NCBI RefSeq assembly: GCF_048593235.1
Contig: NC_133618.1
Location: 498,623,675 to 498,687,674 of the forward strand
Direction: 5' to 3'
Source of the DNA: Sminthopsis crassicaudata
Taxonomy: Eukaryota
Length of the DNA: 64,000 bases
Shown here: piece by piece, positions 1-13,465 of the stretch
Layout: each line of letters starts with the position of its first letter
Numbering within the stretch: position 1 is the first letter of the stretch
Program-made: the position numbers and the translations under genes
Notes under the pieces: model-generated
The model's database searches: none
Told to the model about the DNA's origin: nothing
The model's input: only the letters and a program-made list of their open reading frames with translations

Positions 1-428
1 ATGATTATTCTCCCCTAGCTGTGGCTAGTCTTATAGAGCTTCTCATACCCATAGTCCAGTGCACTTGGACTTATTTTGTGTCTTGCTCCAACAGACTGGT
101 AGCTCTTCCGCCAGCGCTTAACCGGGCACATGCTACCAAACTGAGGGCAGCTTTCTCAGCCCTTTGATGGTACGGTGTGTACCCCAGGGACAAATACAGC
201 TTTTCAGGCTGCCACAGGACAATCAGAACTCTGCCTGGGGATTACCAGCAGTAACCTGAGCTTGTGGGCTCTGCCTAATGGCCTGGTCGGGGAATTTTCC
301 TGGCTGCGTCCAGATGTCTGAACCCAGGCTTCTGGGCAGTGCCCAGCCTGAAACAGAACAGCTCAGAACACCAATAACCTCTCCTACATACCTGTGCCCC
401 ACTGACTCTTAACTCTGCTTCTCCCCAG

Positions 429-501
429 CAGGAAGGGCCCGGCCTCACCTACGCGACCTGCTGCCCCCCGACCGGCTGAGCCTCCCCTCTTAGACTTATA
501 A
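429..501 (+). CDS. DNM1: Dynamin-1 alternative C-terminal exon (RKGPA tail)
   Basis: Acceptor ctccccag|C, then (S)RKGPASPTRPAAPRPAEPPLLDL-TAA; resembles the mouse dynamin-1 C-terminus SRKGPASPTRPAAPRPTEAPLLDL. Confidence 0.85.
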
Positions 502-1149
502 CCTTGAGGCCTGTAGGCCACTGGCACCCATTGCATGATCACACTAAAGGAGGAACCGTTAGGTTCTCTGACCCCACCAAGGAGGTTGTCATGCTGACAC
601 ATGCATCCTCAGCCACCTGCCCCTGGAGCCTCATCTTTAGACTTACCCCTCTTCACCCAATGTTTTCCAAGCTTTAAATCCCCACTTCCAGGCAGATGCT
701 GGCTGGGTGGTAGAAATTATGGAGCTGTTTTAAACAGGGATGGATTCTAAGAGCTCTCTGGGCTCCTTCAGGGCAAGCAGGGTTAGGTCTGGGCCTGTGG
801 GAGGTGTAGGAGGCAGAGCATGTGATTAGAGCTTCGGATGTGGCACCTTGGGTGCAGTGAGTGTGAGGTGGAGAGTGTATGTATGTGTGAGGAAATGTTG
901 CTCTTTGGTGGGGAGGGTGGAATCCAACTAGCCTCCCCTCCCACATCCCTGCCAAAGCCCAGATTCTTTCATTCTGGGTGCCCCTTCCCCTCCATCCCAA
1001 TGCTTCCTCTCCTTTCTCCTTTGCAATCCAGTTCCCTTTCTGTACTACACAGCTGCTGCAAATGGTGGGGTGGGAAAAGGTTTGGTCACATCAATGGTTT
1101 TCCTGCCTTATCAGTTTTCTTCCCCTCCTTTTCTCTCTTCAACTGCCAG

Positions 1150-1210
1150 CCGAGCGGGTCAGGCAAGTCCATCCCGTCCGGAGAGTCCTAGACCCCCCTT
1201 CGACCTATAA
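1150..1210 (+). CDS. DNM1: Dynamin-1 terminal exon (xA long tail)
   Basis: Pyrimidine tract plus ctgccag|C, then (S)RAGQASPSRPESPRPPFDL-TAA; matches the human dynamin-1 C-terminus RSGQASPSRPESPRPPFDL. Confidence 0.92.
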
Positions 1211-1401
1211 CCTACTCCTCGGTGACACCCTGTCCCTACCCTTCTTACTGCTGTTCTGTGACTGATGGTGACTACCCTCCCAAACTTCATGACTTGGTCT
1301 GTCATAGTTGTGAGCTGACATATATCCAGGTGTGACATTAATGAAAACCTGTGCTCAAAAAATGCCCCCTCTGTGGTATCTCTCCCACCCACTCAGAACT
1401 T

Positions 1402-1532
1402 NNNNNNNNNNNNNNNNNNNNNNNNNNNNNNNNNNNNNNNNNNNNNNNNNNNNNNNNNNNNNNNNNNNNNNNNNNNNNNNNNNNNNNNNNNNNNNNNNNN
1501 NNNNNNNNNNNNNNNNNNNNNNNNNNNNNNNN
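1402..1532. other. Assembly gap (131 N)
   Basis: Run of N within the DNM1 3' UTR. Confidence 1.
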
Positions 1533-1767
1533 AGTTGGAAGTCAAACCATCTGCTGTCCATGTGGTTTTGTTGCCCAAGTAGTAGGGGATGTTGTTGCTC
1601 TGGATTCCCCACCCCCAAAGTGTTCCATCTGCCTGGATGTTTCTTGAGCCTCACTGTCTCACCTATGCCTGGGACAGCAGGGCACTCCCCCTTCCTGTGG
1701 ATGTGTGGGTGCCGTACCAGTGACTACTACAGTTCTGTCACTTCTGTTGTGCTGTCTCCTGGCTGAG

Positions 1768-1773
1768 AATAAA
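1768..1773 (+). terminator. DNM1: Polyadenylation signal, DNM1
   Basis: First readable AATAAA after the DNM1 stop codons, followed by a T/GT-rich stretch. Confidence 0.7.
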
Positions 1774-2460
1774 ACTCATTTCTGTATGACACCAAACTTG
1801 CCTTGGTTGGGCTATTATGTCTTGTCAATTAAGCGGATTGGGAGAGACCCAGGCATTGGCTCAAAGGTGAAAAGGATAAAGTAAGGTAGCACTAGGTGCT
1901 GACTTGGGGAAAGGACTGGGCTCTCATCCTATCATTCAACACATGTGAAGTGTTGTGCTCCAAAACAGCAGGTTCATCTGTCAAGGAATGAATGAGAAGT
2001 TATTCCAACCTAGACTTGAAAGAGTTCTTGACTCCAGGCTTTTTTTGAAGAATCAGGGACTAGCACGATATAGCTATAGAACCATAAAACAATGAATAGA
2101 AAGCTTTGGCCTGGAGTCAAAAAGCTTGAGTTCTGGCTCTTTATCACTGACTTGTGGAACTTGTACTTGGGGGTAAATCACTTTCTCCTACAAAATGATG
2201 GGAATTGGGCTAGAAGATTTCTAAAGTCCCTTCTAACGATTTCCTAATTGAAGGCCTTTTTTTTCCAGGGGTTTTAAGCTAGGCCTTTGGCAAGGATGGA
2301 CTCAGACTGGATGAAAAGGCATATGTAATACAGTTCATAAAAATGTGGCCCAGCACATTTTTTTTTTTTTTAAAGGTTTACAGAATGGAATGAATCCAGT
2401 AACAAAGGACAATTTGTCAAACTAAGAAAACAGAAATTTACTTGCAACAATTAACTAAAA

Positions 2461-2466
2461 TTTATT
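2461..2466 (-). terminator. GOLGA2: Candidate polyadenylation signal, GOLGA2
   Basis: AATAAA on the minus strand about 1.15 kb past the stop codon; other candidates at 2839-2844 and 3356-3361. Confidence 0.45.
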
Positions 2467-3619
2467 TTGAAATACAAATTTTAAAAATGATATGATATCC
2501 CACTTTTTGGGGGAGACATAAAAGTTGTGCCTCAGGCACACATTGTATCCATGCCCTCTATCTCATAAGACAGTAGACATATCATGCCAGAATAACTTCT
2601 GTCTGATGGCTAGGACCCAGAAAAGACCCAACATAGCAAAATAGTGGGTAAAGTATTGAGGGCAAAGAGGAGAGCAGTAAGATACCTCATGTTACTTGAG
2701 GTGGATGGAATGAAAGGTACAGCTAAGTTCATATTAAGCATGACCCTAGGAATGACATGGTTAGCTAGAAGACATAATAAACTTGTCTAGGAGAGACAGA
2801 GCAAGAAGACACAGAACTGACATCATTGGCTGAATTCATTTATTCCGAAAGAGAAAAGCAAAAGAAACAGGAGTCGAATCACCCAGGAACTAGAACCCCG
2901 TCACCTCTTCCTTTCCCTGTATTGTGCCACCAATAAATAGTTTCCCTATTCCCCCAAATAATTATTAGAACATTGCTCCATAGTAAACCTGTCCTGCTTC
3001 AACTCTTATCATACAGGGTGGTAGCCTGCTCAGGGGTGTCTGCCCTCTGTTGGCCCACCCCCCGGAATATACAAAATGTTACACAGATACAGTATGTACA
3101 CTCAAGGGCCATAAAGCTTGCTCCCTTGCTCAATGGAATCCCTGCCCGTTTTGCTGTCCCATCCCATTACCCACTGCAAGCCTTGATCACCCTGATGCCC
3201 ATCAAAAGTGCTGTCTACTGCCACTCCTAGCCCCAAGATGAGATGCCAACTTGGATAAGCTGGTACTTTTTTGCCCCACACCCACAAAGTACTCCCAGCC
3301 ACTCCTTGTACCCCAGAGAGGTAAGGCAAGCCCCAGGCCTTCCAAACAAACAGCCTTTATTCAGCCACTTGCTCTCTGTTTTGGCTGGAACGAAATAAGA
3401 CTCAGGCCTAGGGAAGGATAAACAGCCCTGTGGGGTGGGCATCGAGGGGCCTCACGCTAACCTGTGCACCTTCCCCACTCCAGATGCCAGGGATGGAGAA
3501 GGGGACCATCATTCCCTTGAATCCACCTAGCTATTCTAGAGTTGGAGATGAGAGAGACAAAAGGTCCTGCTGCCCTTGGCTTAGGGCCCAGTCCATTTCC
3601 TCCTACAAGCATCCCACTG

Positions 3620-3846
3620 TTAGATCACCATGATCTTGACCTCATCATTCTCGTCAGCTCGGTAGAAGAAGGGGATACAAGGGTTTTCTCCCAAGCCCCC
3701 TGCTCGATCCCTGGGGTTCTGGATCTCCCGCAACAACTGCATGATCTGTTGGGCTGTGGGATCATCTGGGCGAGGTTGGCTCAAAGGGGGCTCACTCACA
3801 GTAGACACAAGCTCTGTCTCATCTGCTAGGCTTACTTCTCGGAGGC
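3620..3846 (-). CDS. GOLGA2: GOLGA2 exon 27 (last coding exon)
   Basis: cttccag|GC; LREVSLAD...[24 protein letters not shown]. Confidence 0.95.
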
Positions 3847-6800
3847 CTGGAAGAGACAGGGTTTTAAGATATTTGGCAGCTTATAACTCACCCCCCCCCC
3901 CCCGCCCCTGCTATTCTTTTCTTAAGCCCTGTAGCTGCTTTTCCACATTCTACTCACCCTCTTTATCAGGAAGACTGAGATCCAGATGGCTTTCAGGGAT
4001 TGGGTTGGGACTGCTCTCCCCAGCAGGCCCTGAAGGTGCCTGGGTGACAGCCAGGAACTTGTTGAACCACTCATTTCGCTCACCCACCAGCCGTAACACC
4101 AACTCCTGCAGTTCCAGAAGCTTCATCTGGCAACAAGAGAGGAGAAACTAAGCTACTGGGCTCTTCCTGGCTTGACTCCACTCCCTAATTTAGGTATGAA
4201 GGTGGACAAAGATGCTGAGAACAAAGAGGGCAGCCTGGGGTCCTCTCTCCTCAGAAAGGCAGCGCCTGCTAACCTTCATCTCCTCTTTGTCCTGGGCCAG
4301 TCGGCTGATATATTCCTCTTTCTCCCGATGTCTCTCCTTTAGCACAGCTCTCTGGCTCTGGTATAGTGCAATGTATTCACCTGGGGTGGGGATGGGAGGA
4401 TATCCGATTCAGGTGAGACTTTTCAACACCCCAGGCTCCCTGACAACGGACCATTTAGTTTGCTTAAGTCACTCACAACTATCTGGCCTCCCTCTGTATC
4501 TATCTTCCCCATCAGTCATACCTGTCCCCCACACCATTGCTACCTAGTTTAAAACTTCCCCTACACTTTCCCCATCCTCCTTTCACTCTGTTCCCAATGC
4601 CTCTCCTCACCAATGGTATCTGTTTCTCCAGAGAGCTGGATGCACCTATGCTCTAGTTCCTCCACTCGTTCCCGAAGATCCACTTTCTCCTGCATCAGTT
4701 CTGTGAATCGGGCCTAGGGCCCCAAAAAGAGTCAGCTGCACATTGCAAAAACACCAAGCTTGGCTTCCTAACTCTCCTCTCTGCACCTTGAGATCTCACC
4801 TGCAACTTCTCCATGGCAGCCTGAAGTGCCTGGTGCACTTCCCTGGGCACACTGTCCCCACTCAGTGAAGAAGGGCTAGGCTGGGGCTGGGGCTGGGCCA
4901 TCTCCTGTGCCAGATGCCGGCATCGTAGTCGCTGTTCCTTCAGTTGCTGCCACAGCCTATTCCTCTCTTCTTCCATACTTGACAAAGTTGAGTTCAAGAA
5001 TGCCACCTGGGGCAGAGAGGCAGGAGTGGAGAAGCTGGCAAGGAGTACCAGTGTGGGTAGTTTTGAACAAGGGCACAAAGGACTGGGGCAGTCAGCGTGG
5101 AGGGAAAGGCTATAGAGCAGATACTTTTTACAATGTAAGCAGTTTGATGGGTTTGGGAATCTTAGATTGAAATAAGAGTGTAGAAAGATCTATTATAGAG
5201 GTGGTGAACAGGAAGAAAATCATGCTCACCATGGCCTCCCGACTTTCAAAGTCCTCAGGGATGCTTAACGCTGGTCGAGGAGCATCCTCCATTTCTTCTT
5301 CAACAACTAATTCATCTCCTGTTGGGGGTAGCCGGAGAGGCAGCATGGTACAGTAGGAAAAGCACTAGATTGGCAATTAATGCCAAACAGGATTCTGATC
5401 CTAGACCTACTACAAGGTGGCTGTATGTCCTTGGACAAATTGTTTCACACTCTGGGTTCCAAGTTATTAGTATGAGGGAACTAATCAATGTAATCCGCAA
5501 AGTTTCTTCTAGCTTTACTGGTCAATCTATAATTCTAGGTGGAGCAGCTAGGTGGCACAGTGGATAGAGCATCAGCCTTGAATTCAGGAGGACCGGAGTT
5601 AAAATCTGGTCTCAGACACTTAACACTTTGTAGCTGTGTGACCCTGGGCAAGTCACTTAACCCTAGCCTCAGGGAAAAAAAAAAAAATCTCCCCCCTCCT
5701 TCTGCCATCTCCTAGAGGGAATATAAATACCCCTCACCTTCCCTGGGTTCTGGCGTAAAGCGGAGTTGGGCCTGCAACTGCTGGTTTTCTTGGTTAGCAG
5801 CCTCCAGGCGTTCCTGTGGGGGGGAAAGGGATGATGTTAGCTTTTGAGTCCTCTACTCCCTGTCCTTGGGGAGAGAATCAAAGGCCCTCTTACCTGTGTT
5901 TGTAGCAGTTCCTGGCGGGCCAAGTCAGCAGCTACCTTCCCTTGCACTTCCTCATGCTGCAGCCGGTCCATAAGCTGGGTCTGCAGTAGGAACTGCTTAT
6001 GGAGTTCCTCCTTCTCAGTGGCCAACTGCTGGTAGGCTGCCACGTATTGCTGCAGGTGTCCCAGGTATTGATCCCGCTGTTCCTGTAGCCCCTGGGCTTC
6101 CTGGTTCTTCAACTCCATCTATAAAAGAGCACCATTGAGGTCCAGCACCCATTTAGCAGTGGAGGTGGGAGGCAGTGTCCACAGCTCTATCCAGCCTGAT
6201 CTTCAGTCTCTGACCTTGTCTTGGATGGAGCCCTCCCCACATGACAGTCAGACCAATGCCTGGCTCTTTCTTATTTTTAGAGCTAAGAAAGATGTAACAA
6301 TGGCTGACCCAGCTTTCTAGAGATTGCCTTCACTACTTATTGTCCCCATGGTTTACCAGCCCTCCAGGAACTCAAATCTCTCTCATGAAATCTTTACTTT
6401 CTAGTCCCTCCCCACAGGTACCTCCTTTTCATCCAAATCATTGTGTCCTTTCCCCAAGCTGGAATGAGACTCATTCAGACATATCTGTGACCATCCTTTG
6501 TCTGCAACCAACATCTCTGTGTACCTACATAACTGGGAATGGTACCTGGCTGCTTGTGTTTGCTTCTCTCTGTCCAGCTAGTCCCATCCTATTGGCCCCA
6601 TATAATACTCCACACATCCTTTCCAAAGGATGCTTATCCAATATCAGATACTCCAAGGCATTACCGTCTCCTTCAGCTCCCCCAGCTTTTCCTGTAGCTG
6701 TCCCAGCTTCTTGGCAAGTTCCTTCTTGACGTGTTGCTCTGACTGCAGAGCACTTGTTACCTCCATATTCTCATTGGTCTGGAGACATGAAAAGGATAAA

Positions 6801-9286
6801 GAAGCAATTACTAGCAATCAAGTGCCAACTCAGTCCATAGAGGAAAGAACCATATACTGTGTACATTAGGGTCACTGAGGTTGACGTGAAAGTCTCTTGT
6901 GAGATTTGGCAACAAAAGAGTTTTGAAAACAAGTAAAGTTCATCAAAGAAAAATTCCCAGAGGATCTGAGAAGGGGAGTTCATGTGTGGATAGAAGAACA
7001 GACTAGGAGCCAGGAGATCTGAGCTTTAATTCTGTCACTGTCACTTACTAGCATTATGCTCAAGTCACTTTTCCCTTCCAGCTTTGGCTTTCTAAATAAA
7101 ATGGAAGTTGTTCAATTAGATTCAACTAGCTAAGATCCATTCCGAACTAGTACTCTTTAACTCTAAAATCTTAGCATGGAAGGAAAAGTGGGCAGGAGGA
7201 GAGAGAGTAGGTGGATAGCTCACGTACTAGTTTGACAAAGCCGTTCTGTAGCTCTGCCAGTTGCTCCTTCAGCTCCCGGTTCTGGGTGAGGGCCCGACTG
7301 ATGGTAGTGCGGTCACTCTGCATGCTTTCCAGGATTTGTTCCCGTTCGGCTGCTTGCTCCCCCCAGCGCTCAGCTGCACGTTCCAACTCCAGCAACCTCT
7401 CTTCCTGCTCTCGGTTTAAACGGCTGAGACCCTCATTGTCCTGTACCTGGGCCCGGAGCTGCTCTGCTAGGCCCTCAACCTCCTTCCGGAGTCGCTCTGC
7501 CTCTTCTTGCAATCTTTGCTCTGCCTCTGAGGGGCCAGTTGGGGGCTCTGGAGCTGGGGGTATTGCTAGTAAAAGGAAGCATAAGAACTTCTAATTGCTC
7601 CCCATCTTCAGGCACACAAGCCTTCCTTCAGTCCCTTAGCCCTCAGGTCCCATTCCTTACTGTTTGGGCTCTGGCTACTATCAGAGAGCCCAGCATCCAA
7701 CTGTCCCTGTCCCTTGGGGACACATCAGAAAGGACAAGGGCTTAGAGCAAAATCTGAGAGAAGCAATAACTCTTAAAAGTACTTTAAAGAATCCTCTTAA
7801 AACTACTCTAAAACTCTCAGTTTTTTTTCAAGTAAGTTTTTACTTATTTCATTTTATTTTTATTCTCACAGCCATATGAAGTAGGTAGGGTATATGTTAT
7901 CATACCCATTTTATAAACAGAGAAACTGAGGTTTAGAGTGAAAAAGCTTGTCCAACATAATTCAGTCCATTGATGAAAGGTCTTCTGATTCTTGGCTGGG
8001 ATCCCTAACTAGCTAAAGCCAGAGATTTTGCCAAATTAGAATATTTCTACCTAGCCAAGTTATTTAAGAGATTTTCTTAAAGTTCCAAATCATAGCTTGT
8101 AATAAGGCATTAATAGCAAACACAAGATTTCTGTCTTCAATCCTAAAGAGGACTATGATTCTGAATAGAAATATCTCTGGATTCCTGAATGCAATACTGA
8201 GGGAAGAGTTGGATGCTGGGCTTGTGGATTCTAGCTAGACCCCAAATTTCTAATCTCTGACATTGAAGGACTTCCTGCCTTGCTTTCCCATCTAAAACTC
8301 TTAGGGCACTGCCAACTACTGGCTACAAAAAGGGATGGGGGAACCCAAGGAGAGCACAGCATCTGACTACCAGTATTTTCAATGCTTCCTCCTAATGTCT
8401 AATTCACCCATTATGTCATGTGTACCCGACCCTCACCACCCTCCCCTGGCTTTCCTAGCCCCAGCCTACCAGACTGGCTCTTCAGTTCAGCCAAACTGGT
8501 CTCTAGCTCGTGCACCTGGTTCACACTGTATTCCTTCTCTTCCCCTAGAATCCGCACCTGCCCACAGCATAGTAAGAACAGATGATGAAGGGAGGGATGA
8601 GAACATGAAGTTTTATTTCTCCCAATCTTCACCTTCCCATCAATCCCAAGTCGTCCCCTTCTTGCTAAGTCCTCAGATTATTTTGAAGTGCCAACCTGTT
8701 CTGAAAGTTGCTGCACCCGCTGTTGCCAGATTGTGCCCTCCTCCTTCAGCTTCTCTGCATACTGGTCCCTCTCTGCCTGGAGCTGCTGCAATGATTCCAA
8801 CAGCTGGAAGAAGGGAAGAAAAATAAGTTGAAGGGGGATGGCCTTGGGCAATGCTAATCATCTAGGAATTAACCTCTTTCATCTCTGTCCTGCTCACCTG
8901 GCCCACATGGGTCTCCAGTTGCATTCGCTCCTCTAGAGCCAGCTGCAGCTGTTGGTTACTATCAGGGGCACCCGACTGACTGGAAAACTGGATGAAGAGA
9001 AATCAGAGAGAGTGAGAGCCAGGGCCACTGTTGAGATGAAAGGTCAGTTAGTGAAACCTCACTTTATAACCTCTAAGTCAGGTGGAACAGAGACTTAATT
9101 TAGAGCTGATGAAACAATGGGGGAATAACCTGCCCAAGCTGCAAAGTTAGTCAGTGATAGAGTAGGAACCACATCTAGATAGGGGGAGAGAGAGAAACAG
9201 ACAGAGGGACGGAGGGTGTGAGAGGGGGAGAGGGGAAGGAAGAGAGAGAGGGAAAGGGAGAGGAAGAGGAAGGAGGGGGAAGAGAG

Positions 9287-9367
<81 letters not shown>

Positions 9368-12300
9368 CAGACTCTGAGCTAGATGAGTCAACTAAAAATG
9401 CTCACATGATCTTGGGTTGCACTGACAGAAGCAGTGTCCACAAAGAGGGAGTATAAGGCCCATTACACTTGGCCAGCATATATTGTATTATATTCAGTTC
9501 TGGGCACCACATTCTAGGAATGGCATTAACTAGACCAGGGAATTCTTCTCTTTACATTACAAACCCCTGGAGCAATAGCCTCTAGACCTCTTCTCAAAAT
9601 AAGGTTGTTAAATGTGTAGAAGGAAAGACATAAGAATCACAAAGGAAATCAATTATACAGAAATATAATTATCAATTCCAGATGAAGAACTTCTGAACTA
9701 GAGAATATCAAAAGGAGGACCACAAAGTAAAGGGACTTGAAAATATGTCACAAAAGGACTTGTTTAAAGACCTGGAGATATTTAACCTGGAAAAAAAGAA
9801 ACTTAGAGGGGACATGATAGCTGTTTTTGGCTTGAGTAACTTGGTCTCAGAGGGCAAGATAAGGAGCAGTGAGTCAAAGATAATGGTCAGCAGATTATAG
9901 TCCAATATAAGCAAAACACTCAACAATAAGAATTAATATAAGATAAAAATAAATGGAATGGGCTGTGTCAGGAACAGATGAGTTTCTGAGGAATAAATGG
10001 ATGCTTTTCAAATGTCATTGAAACTTATTAGTAACACAGCAGAAGAGATTCCTATTCAGGTATGAATTAAATGACCTTTAGCACCTGTAATCTCTAGCTT
10101 CTCTCTAGAGTCTGCTGCTCAGTAAAAATCCCACGCCCATCTCAGAATTCTGGAGCTGGACAAATGGCTGAGGAGGCTTGAATTCCCTGAAATGCCCTCC
10201 CTTTTGTTACCTGTTGCAACATCAGCTCTGTCATCTCCAATTTCTTATGCAGCTCCTCTATCTCCATCTGTGTAGCTGCCTTCTCTGCCACCAGCACCCG
10301 GAGCTTCTCTTCTAGCTCTGAGTGTTGCTGCTTCAGCTCCTCACTGCTCTTGCTGGGACAGGCATCAGTGTGGGGTAAAGATAGGAAATATTAGAGAGGT
10401 GTGTCAGGAGGACCAATGAGAACCACAGCACCTTCCACAACCTCTCCAAAGATTTAAGAGAATCTGAAAGCTTGAGGAGACTATTAGCATGTATTCCTTT
10501 ATTTCACAAATTAGCAAATTTAGGCCCAAACTTTTTAAATAGGGGGCCAGTTCACTGTCCCTCAGACTGTTGGAGGGCCAGACTATAGTAAAAACAAAAC
10601 CTCACACTGCCTCGCCCCTCAGCCCATTTGCCATAACCCAGCGGGCTGTATAAACATCCTTAGCAGGCTGCATCTGGCCCGCGGGCCGTAGTTTGAGAAC
10701 CTCTGGACAGGAGCTCAAGCTCATGCTAGAACTCGAATAGGGCTCCTAAGCCTAGAGCAATTTGGAACACAAGTGTTTTTTGACTCTAACAAGGTTTCAG
10801 TCAGTCTTCCTCATAAGAACTCACCCTAATCCATAGCCCCTATTCACTTCTGGACTGAGATCCCCTAATCTTTTCGATCTGTTACCCCACTAACCTGTGC
10901 TTATATAATTCCAGTTTGAGAGCATCCCGTTCTTTAGTTAATTCCTTGTTATACTGCAAGAAGAGTGAAAAGTCACATAACAGAAAAGAGCAATAACTCA
11001 GGAAATAATATTTAATCATGTTGATAATAAAACTTCATATTAAAAAGTACTTAATTAAAAAGTACTTAATATTTCCCAGAACATTTCCATACCCATGATC
11101 TCACTAGAAACTTATAACAACCCAGTAATGCAAATGGGATCAGATATTATACCCATTTTATAGTCTCTTTTCCCATGGTCCAAAGATAGGTAGTACCCTG
11201 CTGAGAATTGCATCTAAGTTGATTGATACCTAAACCTAGTGCTTTTTCCAAAATAACACAACAGGTATTGCCGACTCATCCAAGGACCTATTTCTAATAA
11301 GTTACACAGCATGAACATGAGACTCACACCACTATTAAGGAGTAAGAATAAGAGTTACTGTGAGGTGAGCTCACCCTATCAGTTTGCTTCTGTTGTGTGG
11401 ACACTGAAGAAAGTGTCCGCTCCAACTCCCCAACACGTTGCCGGGAAGATTGCAGGCGACTGGCCAACTCTTCTGACTCCCCTAAAATGAGATAGGGTAG
11501 GAATAAGAGCAAGGTTCCAATTTCAAGAGTGTAAGATAAGAAAAATACATGAGCAGGGGGACAGGATGGGACTACAGAATGGAAAAGGATGGCAGAATCA
11601 AGGAATTGCATTATCAAGATAAGGGACTTTTAGGATAGCATTTAGTAAGGACAATAACTCGCTTCTACCTGATTTCTGGCGAGCAGCCTGCTGTGTGTGG
11701 GCTAGAGCTGCTTGTAGATCTGTCTTCTCTGACACAAGAATCCCAATGGTCTGGATATGAACCTTTAAAAAGAACAGAAGAGTAAGAGGAGAATTTCTAT
11801 GGGACAGCAGGAAATTTGCTTTATCACATCCACTTACCTGTAGCTGTTCCCTTAGGGCTCCCTGCTCCTTGGCAAATTTCTGCTCAAATTCTTTCTTCTC
11901 CTGTGAAAGAAAGGAGATGTTACCAGTAATATAAATGTGTTGTCAAAGGAAACCCCCATCATAGGGGGCAGATGGCAAGTCTGCCAAGCTACAACAGGTT
12001 CTAATCTAAGGCACCTGTACAAGGTGCTGTCATTTTACCTTCTCCAATTGATCCAGGGCATCCTGGTTCTGTTGTTTCTGTGGGAAGAGCAAAAACAAGG
12101 TGTTGTTCTAAGAAGTATCCATATTCTCCCAGCNNNNNNNNNNNNNNNNNNNNNNNNNNNNNNNNNNNNNNNNNNNNNNNNNNNNNNNNNNNNNNNNNNN
12201 NNNNNNNNNNNNNNNNNNNNNNNNNNNNNNNNNNNNNNNNNNNNNNNNNNNNNNNNNNNNNNNNNNNNNNNNNNNNNNNNNAAATAAGTTTCCCAGGGCC

Positions 12301-13399
12301 TAGACAGACCTAGACTGGTCTCTATTTTTTCTTAAAAATTCTGGGGTTTCCCAAGGGATTACTGAATATAAGATCATACCTAGGAGGCCAGCATGTATAC
12401 AGCAGACTGTCCATTCTAGAGGACAATCATAGCCACCTCGGAAAAGCAAGCCCAGATATACAAGCCTTAGAATAGGAACTGAAAGAAAATTATAGAATCA
12501 TAAAACTAGAATTGAAAGGAACTTTAGATAATCGAGTCTGGACCCCTCCCATTTTTAAATTTTTTTTTTTAATTAACTATCAAAAAATACAACATTTCAA
12601 AAACATAACAATAGAGAACTGTGTACCCCTCACTTTACAGAGATGAAAACAGAAACCCAGAGGGGTGCATGAAATCATGCAGAGGCCAATTTTCAACTAA
12701 GTGCTCCTTTCCACTATACCCTAATACCTCCCAGAAAAAGTGGGGGAAAGACAGGTGGTAGGAGGGTTTAAGGAGTAACTTGGGAAGAAATGTTAAAAGA
12801 GAGTAGCAGACAGAAACAGCCATGCTACATGCTTAATGCCTCAGAAATCATTTTGGAACTTTGATTGATGCCACCCCAAAATTCAAAGTTCTTTCCTAGT
12901 TCCAGTAATGGCTAGGATCTAGTTCTAAGGCCCCTAAAGAAGACTGGAGACTTAGACCAAGGTGAGAAAAGTTACCATGCTAGAATCTTACCAATTCTTC
13001 TATCTTGCTACCGAGCTGTTTGTTTGTTAAATTGCTGGAATCCAGGGCTACTGCTAGCTCTTGATACCGACTCTGAAGCACGTGCAGAGACAAGAAAGAA
13101 ACAAAGAAAGGATTGGGATAGTAGTGAATAATTATTAGAATGGGAGAATGGCTAAGACAGTTTTATAGGATATAAGATATTCTACTTATCCACTATGACT
13201 AAGATTGAGAATCTGATCTTTAGCCTAGCCCACCAAAAGCCTTACCTCTAGGTCCTTCATGCTGGTAGAAGTCACTGGGCCCTCCCCATTGATATAGGAT
13301 GTGGACTGGAAGAAAAGAATTTCAATTGGGATTTTCTTGACCTCAATATTTCCTACATCCTCCAATTTCATTTTTTTCTTTTCAGTCACAGACACCGAC

Positions 13400-13465
<66 letters not shown>

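Noticed and set aside
1332-1766. ORFs spanning the N gap
   Set aside because: Artefacts of X codons lacking stops; the region is DNM1 3' UTR
5541-5610. tRNA-like sequence
   Set aside because: It is the tRNA-derived head of a CORE-SINE, not a tRNA gene; the same holds for the other five copies
12134-12281. Missing GOLGA2 exon hidden in the N gap
   Set aside because: Flanking exons 8 and 9 join in frame and correspond to consecutive human exons
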